Counted from the first letter of the stretch, positions 18,710 to 29,353 are shown. The stretch is 64,000 bases of DNA from an uncultured Alphaproteobacteria bacterium (GCA_947175875.1 CAMWON010000005.1:4893-68892); one strand, 5' to 3'. Program-made: numbers and translations. The notes: generated by a model from the letters alone, not told the origin.

Positions 18710-19495
18710 TTATGCGTTCCCAATATCGTCAAACTGTTTTGATAATTCTGCAAAATAATTTTGCGGTTTCGGTCCTTTCCATACCTTTTGGGCGGCCGGC
18801 GTTGTTGGCGCGGGCGCCTTGCCCACGAAGCCGACACGATGATTTTCCACGTGCAGAACCGGGAATTTGTAAGTGTCCATAAGTTTTTTATTATGCGTCG
18901 CCAGTATGATTGTCGTACCGAACAGCTTGTTCATCTGAATAAACAATTCCATCAGGCGCGATGCGTTTTCATCGTCCAGGTTGCCCGTCGGTTCGTCCGC
19001 CAGCAGGATTGCCGGCTGTACTATAATCGCACGTGCGACGGATACGCGCTGCTGCTGGCCGCCGGAAAGTGCGCGCGGATTTGCGTCGGCATATTTGCCG
19101 AGACCAACCCAGTCCAAAACCTTGGCCACCAGTTTTTTTATTTTTGCCTCTGGCACGCCGCGCACCCGCAGGGGCAGGGCGATGTTGTCAAACACCGTCA
19201 GATGGCTTAACAGGGAGTATTCCTGAAAAACGATTGCCATTTTCTGGCGCAGGGCGGCGATATCGTCGCGCGATATGTCTGCAGTCGTGCGCCCAAACAA
19301 TTTTATCTGGCCTGCGGATGGCGTGTGTAATTGGTATATCAGCCGCAGCAGCGTCGTCTTGCCCGCGCCAGATGCGCCGGAGAGAAAATAGAACGCGCCC
19401 GCACTGATGTTAAAAGACACGTCGGTTAACACGTCGGAGCCATGTTCATAGCGTGCGGCGACATTTGCAAAAGATATAGCTGTATTGTCTTCCAT
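18710..19495 (-). CDS. ftsE: Cell division ATPase FtsE
   Basis: [49 protein letters not shown]. Confidence 0.92.
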   Translation of the reverse strand: MEDNTAISFANVAARYEHGSDVLTDVSFNISAGAFYFLSGASGAGKTTLLRLIYQLHTPSAGQIKLFGRTTADISRDDIAALRQKMAIVFQEYSLLSHLTVFDNIALPLRVRGVPEAKIKKLVAKVLDWVGLGKYADANPRALSGGQQQRVSVARAIIVQPAILLADEPTGNLDDENASRLMELFIQMNKLFGTTIILATHNKKLMDTYKFPVLHVENHRVGFVGKAPAPTTPAAQKVWKGPKPQNYFAELSKQFDDIGNA

Positions 19496-19570
19496 GATTC
19501 GGATAGTAGTAAAATTTTATTTTGCGGTCAAGAAAACATAAAAACAGCGCCCCGTTTGGGGCGCCCGTTA

Positions 19571-19975
19571 TTATTTGTCCACGCGCGTGGTTGCGTTGCG
19601 ATTTTTGGCCCATACTTTTTCGCCCGTACCGAAATACTGGGGACGTTCCTTGCCATAGGAAATCGTTTTTACGCGCGACGGTTCGATTCCGTCCTTGGTC
19701 AAAACATGCGCCGCGTTTCCGGCACGCAACGCGCCCAGCGCCAGGTTGTATTCCGTGCTGCCGCGTTCGTCGCAGTGGCCTTCCAGTGTGATGTTTACGT
19801 CCGGATGCTTTTTCATGTACAGCGCCTGGCCCTGCAGGTCGTGCGACATTTCGGGTGAAACCTCGGCGGAATCAAATGCAAAAAATACTTTTTCGTCATT
19901 TACGTTCGACGGCATTTTTACCCCGCCGCATGCCGCCAGTGTCAATGCGCAAAATAAAAAGAAAAGCTTTTTCAT
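19571..19975 (-). CDS. pal: Peptidoglycan-associated lipoprotein
   Basis: LAA|C lipobox, EGHCDERGSTEYNLALG, ISYGKERP, WAKNR. Confidence 0.95.
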   Translation of the reverse strand: MKKLFFLFCALTLAACGGVKMPSNVNDEKVFFAFDSAEVSPEMSHDLQGQALYMKKHPDVNITLEGHCDERGSTEYNLALGALRAGNAAHVLTKDGIEPSRVKTISYGKERPQYFGTGEKVWAKNRNATTRVDK

Positions 19976-20112
19976 ATCCTTACCCCTTTGCATGAATTTT
20001 TTGTATGTAGGAAACGTAGCAAAAAAACAGAAATCTTGTCAATATTTGATTTTGTTTTTGGATTGATGGGGCTTTTGTGATATACTTAGGAAAAAATTTG
20101 GAGGGTGTTTTT

Positions 20113-20847
20113 ATGAAAAAATTAGTATCTTTAAGTATATTGATGGGTTTGGTGGCGATGCCGGCTTTTGCCGCAGTGCGTAATGCGACCCCAAGCCATA
20201 TAACAAAAGACTCAAAAGGCGGTTATGACGTCACATATAGTTATAAAGACAAGGCCAAGACAGGCTGGTATGTGACGGGCCGTGCTGAGCTGAGCATGCT
20301 GAACTTTAAGAACAAGTACAGCTCGGCTGCAGAATTCTCGGCGGATGAAAGCCACAGTGAAGACAAATATTCTTTTGAACCAGTGTTCGGCGGTTCTGTG
20401 GCGGCGGGTAAAAAGATAAACTATTTCTGGCGCGCCGAATTGGAAGCGGGTTATCTGGGCTTTTTTGAAGATGAAGACGCTGTTGCCAAATTCTCTATTT
20501 CCATGCCGTATTTGATGGCCAGCGGATATTATGATTTTACAAACGGCCTGTATGTCGGCGCTGGTGTCGGCGCGACAATTGCCAATTACAAAATAAGCGG
20601 CGATTATTTCAGCGGTTATGACAAGGAAAAGACCGCCTTTTCGCCGATGGGGGCGCTGATGTTTGGCTGGACGCATGAACTGGACGACAACCTGGTTGTG
20701 GATTTGCGTTATCGTCTGGCTGGAATGACGGGCAGTGAACTGAAGCTGCACTTCCAGGATGTGGACGACAACACGTATTGGTTCAAAAGCAAAACCGGCA
20801 TGATTCTGGACAATTCCGTGTCGCTGGGTATTCGTTATGAATTTTAG
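20113..20847 (+). CDS. Outer-membrane beta-barrel protein (Opa/Msp-like)
   Basis: Signal peptide, WRAELE, YVGAGVG, VDLRYR, C-terminal LGIRYEF. Confidence 0.82.
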   Translation: MKKLVSLSILMGLVAMPAFAAVRNATPSHITKDSKGGYDVTYSYKDKAKTGWYVTGRAELSMLNFKNKYSSAAEFSADESHSEDKYSFEPVFGGSVAAGKKINYFWRAELEAGYLGFFEDEDAVAKFSISMPYLMASGYYDFTNGLYVGAGVGATIANYKISGDYFSGYDKEKTAFSPMGALMFGWTHELDDNLVVDLRYRLAGMTGSELKLHFQDVDDNTYWFKSKTGMILDNSVSLGIRYEF

Positions 20848-20908
20848 TACGAAAAGGTGTTGACCCGATTCGCAAAAGTATGGTATCATTGCAGGTGTAG
20901 AGAGAGTT

Positions 20909-22918
20909 ATGAAATACGAAGTTCAAATATCACGATTGGCTGTTGTTTGTGTGCTGTGCACATCGGCTATTTCCGGTGCGCTGGGGGCGGCCTCGGTTCG
21001 TTCGTTGGGGGGCGCCGGAACATATACCGGCACATCTGCGGCGGCAACCGGCGGCTCGTCCGGCGGGGCGACGAACGCGGTTCGTGCGGGTTCTATGCGC
21101 GTGACGCCGTCAAGTGGCACGACATCGGCGTCGTCATCCGCGTCCAAGGGTACGACGACCACGGGGCGTGTTGCGACATCGCCGCGACTGTCCATTGGTA
21201 AATATTTGGGTGGCGGCACATCGGTCAGCGGCGGCAGTTCCATCAAAAATCAAAAGCCCGGCGGCTCTACAAGCAGCGGCAGTTCCGGCGGTTCCATGAA
21301 TCCTGGTGTCGCGGCGGAGCTGGAGGGGCGTGTCGGTGAACTGGAGGCGCGTGTTGACGGCATGTACGAAAAGGGCGATGTTGATGCGGCTTTGTCTGAC
21401 AAGCAGAATGTCCTGACGCCGGTCGATGACTATATCGTTATCGACAAAGATGAAATATATTTGGACGTTGATGCCCTGCAGGAAAATTTAGAGGCGACAG
21501 CCGGCAAAGACGGCCGCGAGGTTGAAATCGGTTCCAATACGACACACCTGTTGTGGCGCTATAAGAATGATCCGGTGTGGCAGGAATTGATTGCCTTGTC
21601 CGCGATTACCGGTGCGCCTGGTGCGGACGGCGCCATGGGACCCCAGGGGCCGGCCGGTGAAAAAGGTGAGAAGGGCGACAAGGGTGACAAAGGTGAGAAG
21701 GGTGACCCGGGCGAGGGTTTGAACTCTGACCTGTATCCGACCAAAGAGTTTATGAATTCCGAAATTGCCAAGGCTATTTCAAATGCCACGACGAATTATG
21801 TGACCGTTACGGAAATGAACGCGGCACTTGACGGCAAGGCGGACAAGACGGCGTTGGCGGCGTATGCCACCAATACTGGTGTCGCAGCGGCGATTGACAA
21901 TGCCACGGCTGATTTGGCGACCAAGGCGGAAATGAATACAGGGCTGGCAGGCAAGGCGGATGTTGGCGCTTCCTATACCAAGGCTGAGGCTGATGCAAAA
22001 TATTTGACCGAGCATCAGTCGTTGGCGGACTATGCCAAGACAGCGGATGTTTCGAGTACTTATGCAACAAAGAAAGAGCTGGCGGATGCAGTTATAGAGG
22101 CTGGCAATATTGATTTGACGGGTTATGCGAAAACAGCAGATGTCGAAGAGGCCTTGAATCTGAAAGCAGATAAAACGGCATTGGACGGCAAAGCTGATGT
22201 TGCGACGGTTGCCGGATTGGCGACGCGCGTGACACAGGCGGAGGCGGCCATTGACGATGTGAGCGAGATTGCGTCCGGTGCGGCAACAACCGCATCCGCG
22301 GCAAACACGACGGCGACGAATGCTGCAGCTGCGGCCACGGCGGCAACAACTGCCGCGAACGAGGCGGCGGCACTGGCGTCTGCGGCGAAAACGGCGGCCG
22401 ACACGGCAAAGGTGGCGGCGGATTCCGCCAAGACTGCGGCTGATGCGGCGGCATCCGATGCGGCGTCTGCGACGACGGTTGCGTCTGCGGCCAAGACGTC
22501 GGCCGATGCGGCGACGGCTGGGTTGGCGAACAAGGCTGACAAGGCGACAACGCTGGCGGGTTATGGAATTACAGATGCGTACACCAAGGCAGAGGTTGAG
22601 ACCAAGATTGCAGAAGCTGGTGTTGGTGATATAGATTTGGAAGCGTATGCCAAGACGGATTATGTTAATGCCGAATTGGCCAAAAAGGCAAATACTGCCG
22701 ATTTGGGTGCCTTGGCAAAGAAAGACACGATTTCAAATGCGGATGTTGCGGATAACGCGGCAATTGCAAAAGAAAAACTGGCCACTGATGTTCAGGCATC
22801 GTTGGCCAAGGCTGACCAGGCGGTCACGACCGCCGATGCGCCGACCGATGGGGATTATGTCCTTGCGGTCAGCAATGGTCAAAAGGGCTGGTTCGAGGTT
22901 GTAACAACACTTGAGTAA
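20909..22918 (+). CDS. Secreted collagen-like/phage-fibre-repeat protein
   Basis: Signal peptide, Ser/Gly-rich region, (Gly-X-Y)n run, KADKATTLAGYGITDAYTK repeat, Ala-rich coil. Confidence 0.75.
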   Translation: MKYEVQISRLAVVCVLCTSAISGALGAASVRSLGGAGTYTGTSAAATGGSSGGATNAVRAGSMRVTPSSGTTSASSSASKGTTTTGRVATSPRLSIGKYLGGGTSVSGGSSIKNQKPGGSTSSGSSGGSMNPGVAAELEGRVGELEARVDGMYEKGDVDAALSDKQNVLTPVDDYIVIDKDEIYLDVDALQENLEATAGKDGREVEIGSNTTHLLWRYKNDPVWQELIALSAITGAPGADGAMGPQGPAGEKGEKGDKGDKGEKGDPGEGLNSDLYPTKEFMNSEIAKAISNATTNYVTVTEMNAALDGKADKTALAAYATNTGVAAAIDNATADLATKAEMNTGLAGKADVGASYTKAEADAKYLTEHQSLADYAKTADVSSTYATKKELADAVIEAGNIDLTGYAKTADVEEALNLKADKTALDGKADVATVAGLATRVTQAEAAIDDVSEIASGAATTASAANTTATNAAAAATAATTAANEAAALASAAKTAADTAKVAADSAKTAADAAASDAASATTVASAAKTSADAATAGLANKADKATTLAGYGITDAYTKAEVETKIAEAGVGDIDLEAYAKTDYVNAELAKKANTADLGALAKKDTISNADVADNAAIAKEKLATDVQASLAKADQAVTTADAPTDGDYVLAVSNGQKGWFEVVTTLE

Positions 22919-22985
22919 AGCCTCAAACCCGATTAGGAGAACAGGCCCTTGGGCCATTACAGGGATATAAAAAGGAAGGAAAAAA

Positions 22986-23789
22986 ATGAAAGTAAAAAAT
23001 ATTGCTTTTTCTGGATTTGCGGCGGCTATCCTGGCCACCAGCGCGGCAAGCGCGGCACCCCAGATTGCCAGCAAACAGTATGTTGACGACAAAGTTAAGA
23101 CGGATGTCCAGACTTTGCAGACAACAATTGAAAACAACTATACAAAAACCGAACAGTTGCAGGACGTTATCGTCAACAATATCACCCAGGAATTGGCAAA
23201 AGACGACAGCGAACTGAAAACAGCTATTGACGAAGCGTTGGATACAAAAGCCGATGCGGCGACAGTGACCCAGATTAACACAACCGTTAACAACTTGAAT
23301 ACGACGGTCGAAGGTCTGGAAGCAGATGTTGCGGGCAAAGCCGACAAGTTGACCGGTGAAGCCATCAAGGCAGGCAATGTTGCGGTAATTGATGCAACAG
23401 GTAACTATGTTGCAGGTACGGTTGCAGCATCTGATCTGGTTACGAATGCAACTGTGACAGACAAGATTACAGCAGCCTTGGAAGGCAATGAATCTGTAAA
23501 AGAAATTATTACCACAATCGTCAGCAACGGTGACGTTGTGACAGACGCAATTGACAAGTCTGTTACCGAAGGCACGCTGAAAACCGAACTGGATAAGAAA
23601 GCGAACGCGACGGATGTTTACACAAAGGCCGAAGCAGACGCCAAGATTATCGAATTGGCGATTCCGCAGCCGACCGGTGCATGTGCATCTGAATCCGGAC
23701 GTTGTGTATTGTCGGTTGACACGACTGGTAAAAGCCTGATGTGGTTGGATGTAACCTCGCCGCTGGAAGCCACCGGTACGGGTGAATAA
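22986..23789 (+). CDS. Secreted fibre-like coiled-coil protein
   Basis: Signal peptide, IASKQYVD, KAD repeats, C-terminal IPQP..C...CVL..W. Confidence 0.75.
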   Translation: MKVKNIAFSGFAAAILATSAASAAPQIASKQYVDDKVKTDVQTLQTTIENNYTKTEQLQDVIVNNITQELAKDDSELKTAIDEALDTKADAATVTQINTTVNNLNTTVEGLEADVAGKADKLTGEAIKAGNVAVIDATGNYVAGTVAASDLVTNATVTDKITAALEGNESVKEIITTIVSNGDVVTDAIDKSVTEGTLKTELDKKANATDVYTKAEADAKIIELAIPQPTGACASESGRCVLSVDTTGKSLMWLDVTSPLEATGTGE

Positions 23790-23825
23790 GTTTTGAATAA
23801 AGAAAGCTAAGGAAAGGGATAAATA

Positions 23826-24701
23826 ATGAAAAAGCTGACTACTGGTATTTTCACGGTTGTTTTGGGCTTGGTTGCAGCAGATGCCAGTGCTGCTGTCACG
23901 TCTAAGGCTTATGTAGATGCGCGTGTAGGTGCGGTTGACACAAAAGTTGAAGGCTTGGAGACAACAGTCAACCAATTCACAACCAACATTGGCGACACAA
24001 TTACAAATCAGATTACCCAGGAATTGAAAAGCGACACATCTGAAATCGCAAAAGCGTTGGATGCCAAGGCTGATGCGGCTGATTTGACCGCACTGGGCAC
24101 TCGTGTAACAACGGCCGAAGGCGAAATTGATACTTTGCAGTCTGATGTTAGCGATTTGAAAAAATTGAACGGTGGCGCGGATGCGGAAGGTTCTATTGCA
24201 AATACTATTGCAAATGAATTGAAAAATTATTCCACAACAACCGAAGTCAACAACTTGATTTCAACGGCCACAGACGACATGGAAACCCAGACGCATGCTG
24301 CGGCGACATATGCGACAAAGGCACAGTTGACGGCAGAAGAAACAGCGCGTACATCTGCTGATAATGCCATTAACGCAAAAATCGGTACTGTTGCAGAAGG
24401 CAAGACGGTTGTTCAGATGATTAACGAAGCGGCTGCCGGTGCAGAATATGATGATACCGAAGTTCGTGGTCTTATTTCGACAAATGCATCTGGAATTGCT
24501 GCGAATAAAACAGCCGTAGAAAAGGCGCAGGCTGATGCGACAAAGGGTATTGCAGATGCGGCGGCGGCACAGACGACGGCAAATGCTGCGATTCCGAAAC
24601 CGGCGGGCGAGTGTGCCAATCCGACAAACAAATGCGTTTTGACATTTGCTGGTGGTAACACATATGCATGGGAAGTTATTGAACGCGAGGGCGGTCAGTA
24701 A
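23826..24701 (+). CDS. Secreted fibre-like coiled-coil protein
   Basis: Signal peptide, VTSKAYVD, C-terminal IPKP..C...CVL..WE. Confidence 0.75.
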   Translation: MKKLTTGIFTVVLGLVAADASAAVTSKAYVDARVGAVDTKVEGLETTVNQFTTNIGDTITNQITQELKSDTSEIAKALDAKADAADLTALGTRVTTAEGEIDTLQSDVSDLKKLNGGADAEGSIANTIANELKNYSTTTEVNNLISTATDDMETQTHAAATYATKAQLTAEETARTSADNAINAKIGTVAEGKTVVQMINEAAAGAEYDDTEVRGLISTNASGIAANKTAVEKAQADATKGIADAAAAQTTANAAIPKPAGECANPTNKCVLTFAGGNTYAWEVIEREGGQ

Positions 24702-24802
24702 AATAAAAAAATCCCGGTGGCCGATGAATCCGGCCGCCGGGTAAGGTGATGCGTGGCGGCGCATCAATTTGGCGGATAAAAAATATTTAGGTAAAGTTAG
24801 TT

Positions 24803-26314
24803 ATGAAAAAAGTAGGATTTTTAGCAGTTTCTTTGGCGGCGTTGATGTCTGTTGGTGCGGCGCGTGCGGATATTGCGTCAACAACGTATGTTGATAATGT
24901 TGCAAATACAAAACAGGACAAGCTGACCATTGATACGGTGGCTTCCTATGATGCAAAGCACACGGATAACGACAGCCGTATTCCCACGGTAAAGGTTGCG
25001 GAAGAAATTGCGGGTGCGACCGCCGATGCGGCTGTTGCGGCAACGGTTATTCAGATTGGCAATACATATGCGACCAAGGATCAGTTGACGGCTGAAACAA
25101 ACGCGCGTACATCTGCGGATACGGCGCTGGGGACAAGAATTGACAATGAAGTTACCGCACGTACTTCCGGTGATAATGCAATCAATACAAAAATCGGTAC
25201 CGTGCCGACCGGCAAGACTGTCGTTGGAATGATTGAAGAGGCGAAGGAAGCTGCCACATATGATGATACGACTGTAAAGGCGGACATCAAGAAAAACGCA
25301 GACGCCATTACCACAATTAACAGCAGTGCGGTTATGACATCTGGTGCGACCAAGGCAAAGATTGATGCGATTGCCACAAATACCGATGATATTGCAACAA
25401 TCAAGACACAGCAGACCAACCAGGATTCCAAGATTTCCGCTTTGGAAACAGGCAAGCAGGATAAATTGGGTTACACCGCTGAAAATGCAGCGAACAGAAC
25501 CATAACGATTTCTGCGGCGGCCACGGCCAGCGATACAAAGTATCCGTCTGAAAAAGCGGTTGCGACCGCATTGGCGGGTAAGCAGGCGGCCGGCGACTAT
25601 GCAACGAATGCGACGGTTAATGCTGTAAAGTCGACAGCAGATGCAGCAAACACCCAGGCAAACACCAACAAGACCGCAATTGCAAATCTGCAGACATCCA
25701 AACAGGATAAACTGACAACATCTAACATCAAGGGTACGGGCAGTGTTACCGTAACGGTTGCGGACGGTGTCGTGACTGTTGATGGTACAGATACGCAATA
25801 TACATTGCCTGCGGCGACAGCAAATGCGTTGGGTGGTGTAAAAAGTGGTGGTAATATCACAGTTGGAACAGACGGTGCGGTTACCGTGAACCAGGCGACA
25901 AATGCCACGAACGCCACGAATGCAACGAATGCCACCAAGGCGACACAGGATGCGTCAGGCAATGTCATAACAACGACTTATGCCACCAAGACGGAAAACA
26001 ACGCAAAAATGGCAACGTCTGCATATAATACGGCAACAACGGTTGCTGCGGATGGTACGTATGTAAAGAAAACCAATACGGTTGCGGCAAACTTGACGGC
26101 CCTGGATACCGGTGCCAAGGCGGCAAAAGATGCGGCCGACGGGGCGCAGACAACAGCCAATACGGCCAAGACGAATGCTGCGACGGCTCAGGCCAAGGCG
26201 GACAGTGCATATACTTTGGCGAATGCGGCGATTCCGAAGCCGTCAGGCAGTTGTAAGGATTGCGTGCTGAAGTTTAACGGTACCACGTTCTCTTGGGAAG
26301 AGATTGGACGTTAA
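24803..26314 (+). CDS. Secreted fibre-like protein with phage tail-fibre repeats
   Basis: Signal peptide, IASTTYVD, KQDKL, YTLPAATANALGGVK, ATKATQDASGN..TTTYATK, C-terminal IPKP..CKDCVL..WE. Confidence 0.75.
   Translation: MKKVGFLAVSLAALMSVGAARADIASTTYVDNVANTKQDKLTIDTVASYDAKHTDNDSRIPTVKVAEEIAGATADAAVAATVIQIGNTYATKDQLTAETNARTSADTALGTRIDNEVTARTSGDNAINTKIGTVPTGKTVVGMIEEAKEAATYDDTTVKADIKKNADAITTINSSAVMTSGATKAKIDAIATNTDDIATIKTQQTNQDSKISALETGKQDKLGYTAENAANRTITISAAATASDTKYPSEKAVATALAGKQAAGDYATNATVNAVKSTADAANTQANTNKTAIANLQTSKQDKLTTSNIKGTGSVTVTVADGVVTVDGTDTQYTLPAATANALGGVKSGGNITVGTDGAVTVNQATNATNATNATNATKATQDASGNVITTTYATKTENNAKMATSAYNTATTVAADGTYVKKTNTVAANLTALDTGAKAAKDAADGAQTTANTAKTNAATAQAKADSAYTLANAAIPKPSGSCKDCVLKFNGTTFSWEEIGR
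25799..25990 (+). repeat. About 190-bp module shared with 27401-27592
   Basis: Both copies encode YTLPAATANALGGVKSGGNITVGTDGAVTVNQA...ATKATQDASGN.ITTTYATK, with mostly synonymous differences. Confidence 0.85.
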
Positions 26315-26422
26315 CTGTAAAAATTGTGGCGCAATACAAAAAATTGTTTTTGCGCCACATAAATCCTTGTGAGTGAGTAGGGTTTTGTGATAATATATAA
26401 GCTGGTAGAGAGTTTTTAAGTT

Positions 26423-27829
26423 ATGAGAGTTATAGCTGGTATTTTTGCAGTTTCTGTTATCGCGACTATGTCCGTAATTTCGGCCCGTGCAGAGGTTGTG
26501 TCAACTGAATTGTTGGATAGGCGTCTGGGGACCGAGGGAAATCTGGCGGCCGTGGCATCATCCGGTTCGTATAATGATTTGGCGAACAAGCCGACCATCC
26601 CGGCGGCGCAGGTTCAGCCGGACTGGAATGCAACATCCGGTATGGGGCAGATAAAGAATAAACCGACATTGGGTGCATTGGCGGCGAAGAGTGCCGTGAC
26701 GTCTGCGGAAATTACAGACGGAACAATTGTTAATGCCGATATTAGCGGAAGTGCGGCGATTGCGCCTTCCAAGATTGCAATAGATACGGTTGCAACGTAC
26801 GAGAATATTCCGGCGGCGGACAAGGAAAAGCGTATTCCGTCTGTGGCGCTGGCCGAAGAAATTGCCGGGGCGACTGCCGATGCGGCTGTTGCGTCTGCGG
26901 TGGCAAATGTTGGCAAGACGTATCAGGTAAAATCAACCGCGGCATATCAGATGGGTGGTGCCAACGGCGCATGGACAACAATGTCGGCGGACCAACAGAA
27001 TGCCTTGAATTCAAAGGTGACCGCGGCCAAGGTGACAGCCTATGACGGTTATGCGGCAACAATTGCGAACAAGCAGGACAAGTCAACGGCGGTGACGCAC
27101 ACGGCGAACACGGCGGCCGGTGATTCAACGCACCCGGTATATGTGAACGCGTCCGGCGTTGCGACAAAAATAGACAAGGTTGCGGCGGCCGCGGCGGCCG
27201 ATACGGCGACATCCGCGACCAAGGCCACGCAAGATGCGTCCGGCAATACCATAACGACGACATATGCCACAAAGTCAGAGATGAATGCGGTAAAATCGAC
27301 CGCAGAGGGCAAGCAGGATGCCTTGACGGCGGGTGCATACATTACCATTACAAAAGATACGTCCACTGGTAAAACCACAATTGCATCCACCGGTCCGACA
27401 TATACATTGCCAGCGGCGACAGCAAACGCACTGGGTGGTGTAAAAAGCGGTGGTAATATCACGGTCGGGACAGACGGTGCGGTTACAGTAAACCAGGCGG
27501 CCAGTGCGACCAACGCAACGAATGCGACGAACGCCACCAAGGCGACCCAGGACGCGTCCGGTAATACCATAACAACGACTTATGCGACAAAAACCGAAAT
27601 GGGTAACAAACAGGACAAGTCGACGGCGGTGACGCACACGGCGAACACGGCGGCTGGTGATTCAACGCATCCGGTATATGTGAATGCGTCTGGTGTTGCG
27701 ACCAAGATAGACAAAGTTGCCGCGGCATCCGCCGCAGATACGGCGACAACGGCCACGACCGCTACAAATGCCAAAAAGATATGCAGCGGTTCCACATGTA
27801 CAAGCTTTGTGGATATCTGGGTTGAATAA
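26423..27829 (+). CDS. Secreted fibre-like protein with phage tail-fibre repeats
   Basis: Signal peptide, LAAVASSGSYNDLANKPTIP, QPDWN..IKNKP, internal duplication. Confidence 0.75.
   Translation: MRVIAGIFAVSVIATMSVISARAEVVSTELLDRRLGTEGNLAAVASSGSYNDLANKPTIPAAQVQPDWNATSGMGQIKNKPTLGALAAKSAVTSAEITDGTIVNADISGSAAIAPSKIAIDTVATYENIPAADKEKRIPSVALAEEIAGATADAAVASAVANVGKTYQVKSTAAYQMGGANGAWTTMSADQQNALNSKVTAAKVTAYDGYAATIANKQDKSTAVTHTANTAAGDSTHPVYVNASGVATKIDKVAAAAAADTATSATKATQDASGNTITTTYATKSEMNAVKSTAEGKQDALTAGAYITITKDTSTGKTTIASTGPTYTLPAATANALGGVKSGGNITVGTDGAVTVNQAASATNATNATNATKATQDASGNTITTTYATKTEMGNKQDKSTAVTHTANTAAGDSTHPVYVNASGVATKIDKVAAASAADTATTATTATNAKKICSGSTCTSFVDIWVE
27068..27211 (+). repeat. 144-bp internal duplication (second copy 27605-27748)
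   Basis: NKQDKSTAVTHTANTAAGDSTHPVYVNASGVATKIDKVAAA.AADTAT is encoded twice. Confidence 0.88.
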
Positions 27830-27899
27830 GTTTCCCTTTACGGGATAGGAGAGGAGAAAAACAGCGGCATTGCCGCTGTTTTTTTATTTGATAATGGCT

Positions 27900-28472
27900 T
27901 TATAACAACATCATTAAGCCGATGCCCAGGCCTGCCGCGATAATGGCAAACATTGTAATCGGCCAGAAATATTTTTTTACAATCGCGTTCGCCGCGTCTT
28001 GGAACCGCCACAGCAATGCCGCGACAACGGCAAAGCGCGCCGTGCGGAATATTGCCGACACGCCCAGGAACAATGCGGCCGGGAATCCCATGAATCCGGC
28101 GCATATCGCCATCAACTTGTACGGAATAGGGGTGAACGCCGTTAAAACGATTATGAACAGGCCGTGCTTTATGAACAGCGCCTGGGCCATTTCAAATTTT
28201 TCCATTGTCGCAAAATTTTGAATCAGCCATACGCCAACCGAGTCAAACAGCCAGTATCCAATCAGATACGCAATGGCGCCGCCAACCAGGCTGCCTGCGG
28301 CGGCTGCGACGGTAATCGGAATGGCGCGACGGCGGTTGGCGATAATGGGCGGGGTCATGAATACTTCGGGTGGAACGAACAAGAAAATTGACTCGCATAC
28401 GGTTAATATAAAGACAATCCATGTGTATGCTGGGTGCTCGGACTTTTTCAGAATAGATTCCACCAGTTTCAT
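27900..28472 (-). CDS. DedA/YqaA family membrane protein
   Basis: ESIFLFVPPE, GSLVGGAIAYLIG, FTPIPYK, RTARF. Confidence 0.9.
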   Translation of the reverse strand: MKLVESILKKSEHPAYTWIVFILTVCESIFLFVPPEVFMTPPIIANRRRAIPITVAAAAGSLVGGAIAYLIGYWLFDSVGVWLIQNFATMEKFEMAQALFIKHGLFIIVLTAFTPIPYKLMAICAGFMGFPAALFLGVSAIFRTARFAVVAALLWRFQDAANAIVKKYFWPITMFAIIAAGLGIGLMMLL

Positions 28473-28557
28473 TTTTCCCCCAATTTTTCAAAAATTTTCT
28501 TGATTGTACATAAATTTCGTCTACTTTACAAACTATAAGTAACAAAAAGAAGCGAAT

Positions 28558-28914
28558 ATGCAGAAAAAAAACACAAATTCTAATAGAGGAATGCGTATTG
28601 CGGCCAAGGTTCAGACAATCGTTGCAGAGATACTGCGCGACAACTATGGCGACGACGCGATTGTCGCCGGTGTGTCTTTGGTTGGCGCAGAGGCGCATGG
28701 GGGATTGCAGTTTGTGCGCCTTTATTATTATTCGCGTAACGCCGATACGGCCGCGGTACAGAAACGTCTGGACGAGATTGTTCGCAGTGTCCGGTTCGAG
28801 CTGGGGGCGCGTATGAACCAGAAATATGTGCCGGACATTCGCTTTGAATATGACGACACGTTGGAGCGGGCGGCGCGTATTGATGAACTGTTGGGGAAGA
28901 TTTCAAATGAATAA
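28558..28914 (+). CDS. rbfA: Ribosome-binding factor A
   Basis: KYVPDIRFEYDDTLERAARIDELL. Confidence 0.85.
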   Translation: MQKKNTNSNRGMRIAAKVQTIVAEILRDNYGDDAIVAGVSLVGAEAHGGLQFVRLYYYSRNADTAAVQKRLDEIVRSVRFELGARMNQKYVPDIRFEYDDTLERAARIDELLGKISNE

Positions 28915-29353
28915 TGAAGACGGTGTAATCAGCCGGGTTTCCGAAGTGTCTGATAATTTATTGATGGAATGCTATTGGATTGCGAATTTGTCGCGTCCGA
29001 ATAATGCAATGATGATTCATGGGTTTATGCAGCGCGAGGTAAATGTTAACAAACATATTTTGTTTGCCTATTTTGTGCGCCAGCAGCTGCGCGGCTTTAT
29101 CAAGGGGCATCTTACAAAAGAAGGCGACAAGATAATGGCGCGGATAGACTGGCTGTTTATAGACCCGATATGCCAGCGCAGCGGCATCGGTGCCCGCCTG
29201 ATTGAGGCGTACGAGGCGCATTGCCGCAATGCGGGTGTGCGCCGCATGCTGGTGCAGCCGGCGCCCACCCGTCAGGCTAAGAACTTTTATGCCAAGCACG
29301 GATACGGTCCGTGCGGGATGACATTCACGCACGCCAAAGATTTGGTACGCTAA
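28907..29353 (+). CDS. GNAT family acetyltransferase
   Basis: [27 protein letters not shown]. Confidence 0.85.
   Translation: MNNEDGVISRVSEVSDNLLMECYWIANLSRPNNAMMIHGFMQREVNVNKHILFAYFVRQQLRGFIKGHLTKEGDKIMARIDWLFIDPICQRSGIGARLIEAYEAHCRNAGVRRMLVQPAPTRQAKNFYAKHGYGPCGMTFTHAKDLVR

Noticed and set aside
25890-25940. Short 9-bp ATN repeats as a CRISPR array or contingency repeat
   Set aside because: They are degenerate in-frame coding repeats without spacers; no cas genes are present
20909-27829. Prophage tail region or trimeric autotransporters
   Set aside because: All five genes have signal peptides, there are no capsid, terminase or baseplate genes, and there is no C-terminal YadA-type barrel
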